Below, piece after piece: positions 39,824-51,424 of a stretch of DNA of 64,000 bases. This DNA comes from a bacterium (lineage in GTDB: Bacteria; Hinthialibacterota; Hinthialibacteria; Hinthialibacterales; Hinthialibacteraceae), in assembly GCA_963662285.2 (NCBI GenBank), contig CAXXMV010000002.1:576001-640000 (forward strand), in the 5' to 3' direction. The stretch's first letter is position 1. Every line of letters starts with the position of its first letter. A model generated the notes under the pieces. It was not told the origin of the DNA. It searched no databases and saw only the letters and a program-made list of their open reading frames with translations. The position numbers were made by a program, and so were the translations under genes.

Positions 39824-40702
39824 ATGCCGTCACAGAAACATCTGCGCCGTCGACTAAAAACGGTCAATAACACGAAATTGATAACCCGCGCTATGCGGTC
39901 GGTTTCCGCTTCGAAAATGCGGAAGACTCAAGATCGGCGTGATCGTATAAAACCTTACGCAAATCGTTTGCAGCAGATAGTTGCGAATGTGGTTCGGAGC
40001 GTAGGCAGCGAAGGTCAACCGCTAATGCAGATGAAAGACACTGGCAAGCGGCTGGTTGTTGTATTCTCTTCTGATCGCGGTTTGTGCGGCGCGTTTAATA
40101 ATACTATTATCCGTTATGCGGAAAATTATCTTAAATCGTTGACGGATGATTATGAACTTTATACCATCGGCAAGCGGGCGGGAGATTATTTTAATAAGCA
40201 TGGTTATCCCATTTACCGCAGACAAGCCGATTTTCGCGGCAACATTGTTCTTGAAAGAATGATGGAAATTGCGGAAGATTTGAAAAACGCTTTTCTCGAC
40301 GGTAGTTTTAATCAAGTCGAGATTATTTATAATTACGCGGTTACGGCCATGATTTATCGTCCTAAACGCGATTATTTTCTTCCTTTGAAAGAAGACGAGT
40401 TGTACGCCGGTTTGGAAGCGGAAAGCGAGTCTGATGAAGCGCTTGACTATATCTTTGAACCGGATGCGCTAAGTCTGTTGACGGATTTGCTGCCCAAGTT
40501 TGTTGAAACCAAGGTTTACTATACTTTCGTCGATGCTTTCGCAGCTGAACATCAAGCTCGAATGCTGGCGATGGCGGCGGCTAACGACAACTGTATTGAA
40601 TTGATCGACTCCCTTACCCTGAGCATGAACAAAGCGCGGCAATCCGATATTACCAAAGAAATTTTGGAGATCGTCAGCGGCGCCGAAGCATTAAAAGGTT
40701 AA
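39824..40702 (+). CDS. atpG: ATP synthase F1 subunit gamma
   Basis: ITRAM, SDRGLCGAFN and NKARQSDITKEILEI. Confidence 0.97.
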   Translation: MPSQKHLRRRLKTVNNTKLITRAMRSVSASKMRKTQDRRDRIKPYANRLQQIVANVVRSVGSEGQPLMQMKDTGKRLVVVFSSDRGLCGAFNNTIIRYAENYLKSLTDDYELYTIGKRAGDYFNKHGYPIYRRQADFRGNIVLERMMEIAEDLKNAFLDGSFNQVEIIYNYAVTAMIYRPKRDYFLPLKEDELYAGLEAESESDEALDYIFEPDALSLLTDLLPKFVETKVYYTFVDAFAAEHQARMLAMAAANDNCIELIDSLTLSMNKARQSDITKEILEIVSGAEALKG

Positions 40703-40749
40703 GTGGAATATAAAGAATCTTTAGACTTCTTTGGATAAAGACAAAATAG

Positions 40750-42180
<1,431 letters not shown>

Positions 42181-42236
42181 GCGTTAGGTTTTTTGTTTTA
42201 TAACTAAGTAATAGATTATATGTAGGAATAATAATT

Positions 42237-42509
42237 ATGGCCGCAACCTATCAGCTTCAGATTGTCAGTCATGAAGAAATGACATATAAGGGCGAAGTCG
42301 AATCGCTTGTGGCGCCAGCTGCATTGGGGTATTTAGGTATCCTGGCGCATCATGCTCCGCTTCTTACCTCTTTGACAGAGGGTCTGTTGACAATCCGCGA
42401 AGCGCAAGGTGATAATAAAATATATAAAGTTAAAGGAGGTATTCTCGAAGTCTCCGCTAAAGAAGTGGTTATTTTGGCTGATGAAATCGAGGATGCTACT
42501 CCATCCTGA
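42237..42509 (+). CDS. atpC: ATP synthase F1 subunit epsilon (short form)
   Basis: GYLGILAHHAPL and GGILEV; 90 aa. Confidence 0.92.
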   Translation: MAATYQLQIVSHEEMTYKGEVESLVAPAALGYLGILAHHAPLLTSLTEGLLTIREAQGDNKIYKVKGGILEVSAKEVVILADEIEDATPS

Positions 42510-42579
42510 TTACAGAATGTGATTTTCATCCATGTATAGTCTTCATAAAGAAATTCCTGACTTGGGAACATGAATAGTA

Positions 42580-42611
42580 TAAAGCGGCCTCTTTGGCCGC
42601 TTTATTTATTT
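42580..42611 (+). terminator. Intrinsic terminator of the atp operon
   Basis: aaagcggcc-tcttt-ggccgcttt followed by a T-rich tail. Confidence 0.8.
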
Positions 42612-42881
42612 GCGCGGATGGCGGGATTTATATTTCACCTGACATCCGCACGTATGTGATATTCAACAAAATTTTTCTTTAAAACTGGTTTGCGAATTTT
42701 GTTTAATTAGTGCATACTAATAATCATCCAGTTAAAGAAGAAAATCATTCCAAGAGCAATTGTGGAATGGGTTGTATATTAGTGTTAAACTTAAGTCCTG
42801 ACATGGACGAAAATTGAAATTATTTAGCGCTGTATATCAAAACCTGTTTTAGCAATGGCTAAGTAGTGAAGGGAGGACTAT

Positions 42882-44123
42882 ATGTACGAGAAAGTCACTG
42901 TTCCATCCGATGGACAAACGATCAGCATCCAAGACGGCAACCTCCTTGTCCCGGAGAATCCAATTATTCCTTTTGTAGAAGGTGATGGCATCGGAACCGA
43001 TATCACGCCGGCTATGAAATGCGTGATTGATGCAGCTGTGGAAAAAGCTTACGGTGGTTCTAAAAGGATTGCATGGATGGAGGTTTATGCGGGAGAGAAA
43101 GCCAACCAGGTTTATGGCGATTATCTTCCAAAAGAGACGCTTGACGCATTCACCGAATTTCATGTCGCTATTAAAGGACCCTTAACAACCCCGATTGGCG
43201 GAGGCTTTCGGTCTTTGAATGTTTCCATACGTCAATTACTCGATCTTTACGCCTGTGTTCGGCCTGTTCGTTACTTCGAAGGCGTCCCCAGCCCGGTTAA
43301 ACATCCGGAGAAATTGAATTTAGTCATTTTCCGTGAGAATACTGAAGATGTCTATGCCGGTATTGAGTGGCAGAAAGGCTCTCCGGAAGTTAAAAAAGTT
43401 CTTAAATTTCTCAAAGATGAAATGGGTAAGAATATACGGGAAGATTCGGGCATTGGCATCAAGCCAATGAGCGAATTTGGTTGCAAGCGCCTGATACGAG
43501 CGGCCATTCGTTACGCGATAAAGCGAAATCATTCATCTGTCTCCATGGTTCATAAGGGAAATATTATGAAATTCACCGAAGGCGCCTTTCGCGATTGGGG
43601 TTACGAATTGGCTAAAGATGAATTCATTGATAAATGCATTTCAGAAAATAGCCTGTGGGAAATGTATGATGGTAAATTGCCTGAAGGTAAATTATTAATT
43701 AAGGATAGAATTGCCGATTCCATGTTCCAGCAGGTGCTTTTACGTCCTGATGAATATGATGTATGCGCCATGCCCAACTTGAACGGCGATTATCTTTCTG
43801 ATGCATGCGCCGCCCAGGTAGGCGGACTTGGTATGGCGCCTGGGGCGAATATCGGTGATGAAGTGGCTGTTTTTGAAGCTACTCATGGCACAGCGCCCAA
43901 ATATGCTGGAATGGACAAAGTGAATCCTGGCTCTCTTATGTTGTCCGGGGTTATGATGCTGGAACATCTTGGATGGGATGAGGCTGCCAAACTGGTGGTT
44001 AAAGGCATTGAAGATACTATCAAGCAAAAGCGGGTAACCTATGATCTGGAACGTCAGATGGAGGGCGCAACGCTTTTGAAATGTTCTGAATATGGTAATG
44101 CAATTGTGGAAAATATGGATTGA
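42882..44123 (+). CDS. icd: NADP-dependent isocitrate dehydrogenase
   Basis: [34 protein letters not shown] and [13 protein letters not shown]. Confidence 0.97.
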   Translation: MYEKVTVPSDGQTISIQDGNLLVPENPIIPFVEGDGIGTDITPAMKCVIDAAVEKAYGGSKRIAWMEVYAGEKANQVYGDYLPKETLDAFTEFHVAIKGPLTTPIGGGFRSLNVSIRQLLDLYACVRPVRYFEGVPSPVKHPEKLNLVIFRENTEDVYAGIEWQKGSPEVKKVLKFLKDEMGKNIREDSGIGIKPMSEFGCKRLIRAAIRYAIKRNHSSVSMVHKGNIMKFTEGAFRDWGYELAKDEFIDKCISENSLWEMYDGKLPEGKLLIKDRIADSMFQQVLLRPDEYDVCAMPNLNGDYLSDACAAQVGGLGMAPGANIGDEVAVFEATHGTAPKYAGMDKVNPGSLMLSGVMMLEHLGWDEAAKLVVKGIEDTIKQKRVTYDLERQMEGATLLKCSEYGNAIVENMD

Positions 44124-44200
44124 TCTTTGTTTGTTTTTTGTAAGTGTGTTTGGATAAATATTTTCAGTATGAGTCAAATTCCAAAAAAAGGGAGACGATC

Positions 44201-45133
44201 ATGCAAAAAAAGATTACGGTTGTTGGAGCTGGCAATGTAGGCGCATCCTGCGCTTTATATTTGGCTCAACAGGAATTAGGTGATGTTGTGCTGGTGGATA
44301 TTATTGAAGGCGTTCCTCAAGGTAAAGCCTTGGATATCCTTCAATCGGGCGCAGTTCTCGGATTTGACGGAAATGTTACGGGAACCAATGATTATGCGGA
44401 TACGGCGGGATCAGACATTGTGATCATTACTGCCGGTCTGGCGAGAAAACCGGGAATGGATCGGCTTGATTTGCTTAAAAAAAATGCCGATATCATTAGC
44501 GGGATAGTTGAAAATATCAAAAATACTTCCCCGGATAGTATTATCATAATGGTGACTAATCCCATCGATGTGATGGTCTATCTAGCCTATAAAAAATCTG
44601 GATTCCCCAGCCAAAGGGTATTTGGTCAGGCCGGGATTCTGGATTCAGCGCGTTATGCGACATTTATTGCTATGGAGTTAGGCGTCTCTGTCAAAGAAGT
44701 TCGCGCCATGATACTGGGTGGACACGGTGACTCAATGGTGCCGTTGCCGGCATTTAGTACGGTTTCGGGCATCCCTATCACAGAGTTGATCTCGCCTGAC
44801 CGCATCAAAGCTATCGGCGACCGCGCCCGCACGGGAGGCGGAGAAATCGTTAAACTGCTGGGTACCGGCAGCGCTTATTATGCGCCGGGCGCAGCAACAG
44901 TCAAAATGGTTGAATCCATTGTAAACGATTCTAACCATGTATTGCCTTGCTCGGTCTTTACCCAGGGAGAATATGGCGTATCGGATATATATCTCGGTCT
45001 TCCCGCTAAACTTGGTAAAGATGGCGTCACTGGTATTCTGGAAGTTAACCTGGATGCAGTTGATAAACAGGCTTTGATGAATTCTGCCGAAATTTATAAG
45101 AAAAGTATTGCTGATCTAAGCGAATACTTCTAG
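44201..45133 (+). CDS. mdh: Malate dehydrogenase (LDH-like)
   Basis: VGAGNVG, AGLARKPGMDR and LGGHGD; follows icd. Confidence 0.95.
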   Translation: MQKKITVVGAGNVGASCALYLAQQELGDVVLVDIIEGVPQGKALDILQSGAVLGFDGNVTGTNDYADTAGSDIVIITAGLARKPGMDRLDLLKKNADIISGIVENIKNTSPDSIIIMVTNPIDVMVYLAYKKSGFPSQRVFGQAGILDSARYATFIAMELGVSVKEVRAMILGGHGDSMVPLPAFSTVSGIPITELISPDRIKAIGDRARTGGGEIVKLLGTGSAYYAPGAATVKMVESIVNDSNHVLPCSVFTQGEYGVSDIYLGLPAKLGKDGVTGILEVNLDAVDKQALMNSAEIYKKSIADLSEYF

Positions 45134-45165
45134 GAGTTGGATGCTGCGCTTATTGATTAAAAGCC

Positions 45166-45204
45166 AAAAAATGCGCTCGGTATTGCGCCGGGCGCATTTT
45201 TTTT
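45166..45204 (+). terminator. Intrinsic terminator after mdh
   Basis: aaaaaatgcgctcgg..ccgggcgcatttttttt. Confidence 0.8.
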
Positions 45205-45414
45205 AATCCGAAAATGGTTTTCAATCGTTATTGCGGATATAATGTATTTTTGCCATGCATTTAATGTTGTATTCGAAAAATCATCTCCAATCGAACCTAT
45301 TAATGGACAATGTGAATGTGATTTTTTTTTGTAACACATAACTAACAAATTAAAATGTGAGACCGTATAATTCAAGATATCGTAAATGAAAATAATTAGA
45401 TTGCAGGTATTGTA

Positions 45415-46065
45415 ATGATAATAAAATTTTTAGGTCATTCGTGTTTTTTGCTAAAATCAGATAGTGGATTATCCATCATGACTGATCCATATAAATCTGG
45501 CGCTTATGGCGGCGCTTTAACCTATGCCCCGATTAGGGATATCTGCGATATTGTTACGCTAAGCCATGATCATGAGGATCATGCAGAGTTAGATAGTCTG
45601 CCCAATCAGCCCTTGGTGATCCGGGCTGATTGCCGGGCGCGGGGAATTGATTTTGATATTATCGATTCATTCCATGATGATGTGCAGGGTAAAGAACGTG
45701 GCGCCAACCGTTTGATCTTGTTCTCTCTGGATGATATTCGCGTCTGCCATTTAGGTGATTTGGGTCATGTACTCTCTGACGAGCAGATAAAAGAAGCTGG
45801 TGAAATTGATATTTTGCTGATCCCTGTTGGCGGGCGTTTCACGATTGACCCAGATGAAGCGACCAGCGTTGTCGAGCAATTGCAGCCCAAAATAACAATT
45901 CCCATGCATTTTAAAACCGACAAATGCGGTTTTCCTATAGAGAATGTGGATATTTTCCTGGAAGGCAAGGCGAACGTAAAGCGTTCTCCGACTAGTGAAG
46001 TGGTCTTGAAGAAAGAAGACCTTCCAAAAGAAAAAACATTTCTGCACATACCTCCCAGCAACTAA
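45415..46065 (+). CDS. MBL-fold metallo-hydrolase
   Basis: LGHSCF, SHDHEDH, HLGDLG and IPMHF motifs. Confidence 0.9.
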   Translation: MIIKFLGHSCFLLKSDSGLSIMTDPYKSGAYGGALTYAPIRDICDIVTLSHDHEDHAELDSLPNQPLVIRADCRARGIDFDIIDSFHDDVQGKERGANRLILFSLDDIRVCHLGDLGHVLSDEQIKEAGEIDILLIPVGGRFTIDPDEATSVVEQLQPKITIPMHFKTDKCGFPIENVDIFLEGKANVKRSPTSEVVLKKEDLPKEKTFLHIPPSN

Positions 46066-46196
46066 ATCAGTGGGGATTGTTTTTTCAGGCGCTGCATCTA
46101 TGCAAATTCTAGTGATATGAAAATGCCTTTTATAAGGCGCTATACGGATACTGTCTGGACTCGATTTCCGATTATTTATTTGTGAAAGGCTTATAA

Positions 46197-46541
<345 letters not shown>

Positions 46542-46643
46542 GAGTAAAATATTTTATATATTTCCGATAGGGGCTGTAATGGCCTATTTTTTATCAAATA
46601 TTTTCAATAGAGGAAAATCTTTTCGAATTAATCTCTCTTAGCT

Positions 46644-47525
46644 TCACGGCGTTCCGCGTAAGTTGAATTTGTAGCGCAGCACTTGTGAAAAAGTTCGGTC
46701 GGGAATGGAGATAGTTGGAAAGGTCTGCTTTGTTCGTCTGATAGTAACCTTATCAGTGGGTTGCAGATCGGCGTGAATCTGACCGTCTAAAATCATAACC
46801 AGTTTATGGGCTTCATCATCGAACCAGATATGCAACTCTTTTTCTCCTCCAAATACCAGTGGGCGGTTGAATAGGGAATGAGGTGAGATAGGAGTCACAA
46901 TTAAGGCGGCCAGATGTGGTTCTAGAATAGGTCCCCCGGCAGAAAGCGAATGTCCGGTTGATCCGGTCGGGGTAGATAGAATAAGCCCGTCGGCTTTATA
47001 GGCCAGCGCTGAATTCCTGTTTTCACCCACCCAGAGTTCCAGCAAACGTCCCGGTTCTGATCGGGTAATAAGCGCTTCGTTCAGCGCTAGCGATTTGAAT
47101 ATCTCTTGATCTCCAGAGTCGCTAGTGTGAATAATTCGTGCTTCTAACATATAGCGATGTTGAATTTCCCATTGTGATTTAATCAAGTACTGCAATGCGG
47201 TTTCCAACTCGGTTTCTGCGCAGGATGTAAGGAAGCCGAATCCCCCCAGATTTATTCCAAGTAAAGGTCGCGGCGATTGAGCAAGTTGCCGCACTACGCC
47301 CAGAATGGTTCCATCTCCACCAAGGACTACTACTGCCTGGCATGATTGAGCCCACATATTTAGCGTGTCTTCGTCGGTTTGCTCATGCTGATAAGCGTGA
47401 ATCTCGGTGTGGATATGGGCGTCATTCAAAATCTGAGCGGATAAATTGGCCGATGAGAGTGCATCGGTTTTATTGGGATTATAGATTATCAGTATATTCG
47501 TCAATGGAGCATTATTTGTTTCCAT
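46644..47525 (-). CDS. nadK: NAD(+)/NADH kinase
   Basis: LGGDGT, LNE and DGLILSTPTGSTGHSLSAGGP. Confidence 0.95.
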   Translation of the reverse strand: METNNAPLTNILIIYNPNKTDALSSANLSAQILNDAHIHTEIHAYQHEQTDEDTLNMWAQSCQAVVVLGGDGTILGVVRQLAQSPRPLLGINLGGFGFLTSCAETELETALQYLIKSQWEIQHRYMLEARIIHTSDSGDQEIFKSLALNEALITRSEPGRLLELWVGENRNSALAYKADGLILSTPTGSTGHSLSAGGPILEPHLAALIVTPISPHSLFNRPLVFGGEKELHIWFDDEAHKLVMILDGQIHADLQPTDKVTIRRTKQTFPTISIPDRTFSQVLRYKFNLRGTP

Positions 47526-48336
47526 CGTTTTGTCCTACATTGTTGTTATGCGCTTCAGACGCAATGGCTTGAATATCTTCCATAGTAACGCAAACACTAA
47601 TCGGATTTGGCGTTACATGCAGCAAGAATTCGATATTACCTGACTTTCCTGTGATGGGCGAGGGGATGGCTCCGGCTACTGACCACTTTTCTTTTTGGAA
47701 GAAATCCAGAAATTGTTGCAACACTTCGATATGATCTCCTGATTTGCGAACAATGCCTTTTTTTCCGACGCGCCCTTTACCAATTTCGAACTGGGGTTTT
47801 ATCAGGAGAAGCGCAAATCCGTTCTCTTTTAGAATTCTCTTGATTGCCGGGAAAACAGTCCTGATGCTTATAAAAGATAGATCGGCCACAATGATATCAA
47901 CGGTTTCGCCAAGGTCCTGCGCGGTGAGATGGCGGCAGTTGGTTTTATCCATAACAATAACGCGTTTATCTATTTGCAGCGAGTATGCCAGTTGACCGTG
48001 TCCCACGTCTATGGCGTATACTTTTTGGATTCCATTTTGCAACAGGCAATCGGTGAATCCTCCGGTGGATGCGCCAAGATCGGCGGCAATCAGTCCGGAC
48101 GGGTCAATGGCGAACTGCTTAAGCGCCGCTTCCAGTTTCAAGCCGCCCCGGCCAACAAAGGGGCATTTGGGAGTTATGATGCGAATAGGATATTCATCAG
48201 ATACTTTAATCCCCGGTTTATCCACAACCTCTTCGCGAATAAGCACCTTGCCCGCCCTTATTAATCGCTGGGCTTCGCTTCTGTTGTCTACCAGGTTTTT
48301 ATCGATTAACAGCTGATCCAGGCGCGTCTTTTTCAT
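47512..48336 (-). CDS. tlyA: TlyA-family rRNA 2'-O-methyltransferase
   Basis: S4 domain RLD, VGRGGLKL, DLGASTGGFTD and LIKPQFE. Confidence 0.95.
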   Translation of the reverse strand: MKKTRLDQLLIDKNLVDNRSEAQRLIRAGKVLIREEVVDKPGIKVSDEYPIRIITPKCPFVGRGGLKLEAALKQFAIDPSGLIAADLGASTGGFTDCLLQNGIQKVYAIDVGHGQLAYSLQIDKRVIVMDKTNCRHLTAQDLGETVDIIVADLSFISIRTVFPAIKRILKENGFALLLIKPQFEIGKGRVGKKGIVRKSGDHIEVLQQFLDFFQKEKWSVAGAIPSPITGKSGNIEFLLHVTPNPISVCVTMEDIQAIASEAHNNNVGQNDGNK

Positions 48337-48386
48337 AAGCAGTTCTATTTTTAGCCAAGGTTTGTTTAGAGCGATTCACGAAAATA

Positions 48387-49337
48387 TTATACATCGCCCG
48401 ATTGATAAATGGGGGCGCCGCAGGCGGCCGCTTTTGCTCCATAATACTGTCCCCATGCAGAGGACCAGGAGTGTAATGGAATTGAATAAACTGACTTGAA
48501 CCAATCCAAAGACCATTCTGGATTTCGAGCCAGATATGATAAATCTTGACAGGTGGAAAGTGTAAATCCACGCAATGCTTGACGCCGTGATGGAACAGTT
48601 CGCAGCCCGAAAAGTTGGAAAAGTCGATAATGGTCTACGAACGTACGTTTATAGGTGTATTGCGGTGAGCGTTGGTGAGAATGTCGTACAACGGCTTGTG
48701 GTTCGTATATCACTTTGAATCCATTACAAAGAGCGCGATAAGCCCACTCGACGTCTTCTCCGAATGGAGCGTGGGGGAAGGGGATTTTCTCCCATGTTTC
48801 TTTACGGATAATACTGGCCACATTATCAAACACGCAAGTTAAATAACGATCCATAGGTGAACTGGAGAAGAAAACGTTTGGCGAATCAATTTGCATGGTA
48901 CGAGGTTGATCAGAACCTGCTGACCATCTCTGGACATCTCGTTTAACCAGCGGCGTTGCCTCATCCCTGGGTATTTGACGAGCAAAGCCGCCTGCTGCCT
49001 GCTCATGTTCCAACGATTCAACCATAGTTAAAAGGAAATTATCACCTACTGGAAATGCATCCTGGGTAAAGAGGCAGACTAGTTCGCCGCTGCATTCTTC
49101 AATGCCTAAATTTCGGGTTGATCCATGGTTGAATTCACTTTGTGATATACTGATGACGCGTGCATCAAAACTCTCCGCGCATTCTACTGTTCCATCAGTT
49201 GATGAAGAATCTATTACAATTATTTCTGCATTTGCATAGTGATATTGTTTACGCAATTGGTATAGAAGATGACGAAGGTCTATGCCTGCGTTGTAAGTTG
49301 GGATTACAATGCTAAGAAAATTCCTGTGTTTTATCAT
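48387..49337 (-). CDS. Glycosyltransferase family 2 (rhamnosyltransferase-like)
   Basis: IPTYNAG, IDSSSTD, FNHGSTRN, TQDA and V.HSH motifs. Confidence 0.88.
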   Translation of the reverse strand: MIKHRNFLSIVIPTYNAGIDLRHLLYQLRKQYHYANAEIIVIDSSSTDGTVECAESFDARVISISQSEFNHGSTRNLGIEECSGELVCLFTQDAFPVGDNFLLTMVESLEHEQAAGGFARQIPRDEATPLVKRDVQRWSAGSDQPRTMQIDSPNVFFSSSPMDRYLTCVFDNVASIIRKETWEKIPFPHAPFGEDVEWAYRALCNGFKVIYEPQAVVRHSHQRSPQYTYKRTFVDHYRLFQLFGLRTVPSRRQALRGFTLSTCQDLSYLARNPEWSLDWFKSVYSIPLHSWSSAWGQYYGAKAAACGAPIYQSGDV

Positions 49338-49835
49338 TTTGAGAATCAAATTGTATACAAATTATGATTATTTATATGTTGATCCTTTAATAATATTGAA
49401 AAAAATCTATTTCTATTTTTAATTGTAATATTGTTTTCTTGTTGCTTATTATGACAACCTATATTGACGTTATGGTGAAAAAAGTACATCATTGCTTCGT
49501 GCGGTTGTAAAGGTATTATACATTATTTTATGGAAAAATAACAGGCTGGTAATTTTTTAAGTATAATACCTTAAAAAAACAATCCCAAAATTATATGATT
49601 CAATGTTTTAATATTGTATTATTATTATGGCGAATAATGTAATTAATTATAGTAATACTGTTCTGTCTTTTAGATCATGTTGTTTCGTGGTTGAGTTTAT
49701 TTATCTTCAAGCAGATAATAAATAGAAAAAAATGTTAAATTGTCATGATTGTTGCTTAAATCTTATTATTATTCTGTGCAAATTACTGCAAAGCGATAAA
49801 AACTATATTCTTGATTGAGGACTGGATATTAAATC

Positions 49836-51239
49836 ATGAAAAACAAGTCGAAAGATAGCGGAAATCTAAAAGGGGTCAGTGTAGCTGTATTAACCTCAAA
49901 AGGGAAATCTGAAAAGGCTTGGCTGGATGGTCTTATTGATGTGGGTTGTAAAGTACAGCAAACCGATGATCTCGAAAAGTTGATCAAGGCTGTATCCAAG
50001 GCGCCCGCGAAAGCCTTGATTCTGGGAACATCTTACTGTGGGGAACTCCAAGAACAATTGGAAACTAATCCAGAGGCTTTAGAAAATCTGGGCAGAGAGA
50101 TTATCGTTCTGGCCGCGCCCGGGAAAACTACTGAAGCCGCTGAATGGGCGAGAACTTTCTCCGGGTATTTCCTTTCGGGAACCGTAAGCCCCGAAGAAAT
50201 GACCGTGCTTTTAGAGAGAGTGCTTGAATCTAATCTCTTGAAATCGCGTCTGGCTCGTTATGAATCCAAAGAAGCTTCTGTTGAGCGCTTTGGCCCTGTA
50301 GTAGTAAAATCTCCTGAGATGAAAGACGTCATTCGGCTTGCGAGAATTCTGGCCACGCGTAGCGACTCGATCTTATTTGTTGGCGGCATTGGAACTGGAA
50401 AAGAACTTGTCGCCCGTACGGTGCACGAGAATAGTTCTCGCCGTCATGGACCGTTTTATTCAATCAACTGCCGTTCCTTTTCCAGTGAAGATTTGGCTGT
50501 TGAACTCTTTGGCCGTGGAGAACCTGATTCTCCTGAAGCGGCTGAAGGTAAGACTTTGATAGAATTGAGTGATGGTGGTACCTTGCTCTTGGACGAGATC
50601 GGCGTTATCTCTCCCAATGTCCAAGGCAAATTGCAGCGCTTTTTGGAAGATGGATCATATACGCGGGTTAATTCGCGTACTGTATGCAAGGCTGAAGTTC
50701 GCATATTCGCCTCGACCAGCGCATTGCTTGATGAGTCGGTTGCCACTGGCGAATTTTCTGAAGATTTGTATTTCCGTTTGAACCGCTTTACTTTGCATCT
50801 CCCGCCATTGCGTCGTCGTGTTGAGGATATTCCTGTATTGACCAAAGTAGTTCTCAACCAAATGGCGAGCGACAAGGGTGGAGAATCACTCCAGGTTACC
50901 GAAGATACATTGAAAATGCTGATGGAATATCATTGGCCGGGCAATGTTCGTGAACTTGAGAATGTTCTGGAGTTTGCTTCTCTGGTTGCGGGCAAAGGCC
51001 CCATCGAACCCAAACATCTTCCCAAGCAGTTTCACGACGAAGTGGGAAGCATCTTCGTGGGCGCATCAGTAGAAGATTTGCCCGCTATCAGCGAGATTGA
51101 ACGGCGCTATATCCTACGCGTCATGGAAGCGACCAGAGGAAACAAGGTTCGCGCCGCGCAGATATTGGATATCAACCGTGCAACCCTGCACCGCAAACTG
51201 CAAATGTACCAAAAACAAAAAGTAGTCGATCTGGCATAA
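49836..51239 (+). CDS. NtrC/Fis-family AAA+ regulator with degenerate receiver domain and no GAFTGA loop
   Basis: GTGKELVAR, GGTLLLDEIG, WPGNVRELEN and C-terminal Fis HTH (AAQILDINRATLHRKL). Confidence 0.9.
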   Translation: MKNKSKDSGNLKGVSVAVLTSKGKSEKAWLDGLIDVGCKVQQTDDLEKLIKAVSKAPAKALILGTSYCGELQEQLETNPEALENLGREIIVLAAPGKTTEAAEWARTFSGYFLSGTVSPEEMTVLLERVLESNLLKSRLARYESKEASVERFGPVVVKSPEMKDVIRLARILATRSDSILFVGGIGTGKELVARTVHENSSRRHGPFYSINCRSFSSEDLAVELFGRGEPDSPEAAEGKTLIELSDGGTLLLDEIGVISPNVQGKLQRFLEDGSYTRVNSRTVCKAEVRIFASTSALLDESVATGEFSEDLYFRLNRFTLHLPPLRRRVEDIPVLTKVVLNQMASDKGGESLQVTEDTLKMLMEYHWPGNVRELENVLEFASLVAGKGPIEPKHLPKQFHDEVGSIFVGASVEDLPAISEIERRYILRVMEATRGNKVRAAQILDINRATLHRKLQMYQKQKVVDLA

Positions 51240-51272
51240 ATCTGATTGTTATATATATAAGTATTGAATAAT

Positions 51273-51304
51273 AAAGCCCGTTCCGCTGATGGAACGGGCT
51301 TTTT
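51273..51304 (+). terminator. Intrinsic terminator
   Basis: aaagcccgttcc-gctgat-ggaacgggcttttt. Confidence 0.8.
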
Positions 51305-51361
51305 CCTATAATAAATCCGTATATACTTTTGAAAACTGCTGGTATTTTTTTTATTTCACAA

Positions 51362-51418
51362 ATTATGTCGGGCGACTAAGTCCCCTCTCCCCACGGAGAG
51401 GTTGGGTGAGGGGGAATT
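51362..51418. repeat. ~60-bp dispersed intergenic repeat (copy 2, inverted relative to copy 1)
   Basis: Matches the reverse complement of 19456-19515. Confidence 0.75.
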
Positions 51419-51424
51419 GCGAAC

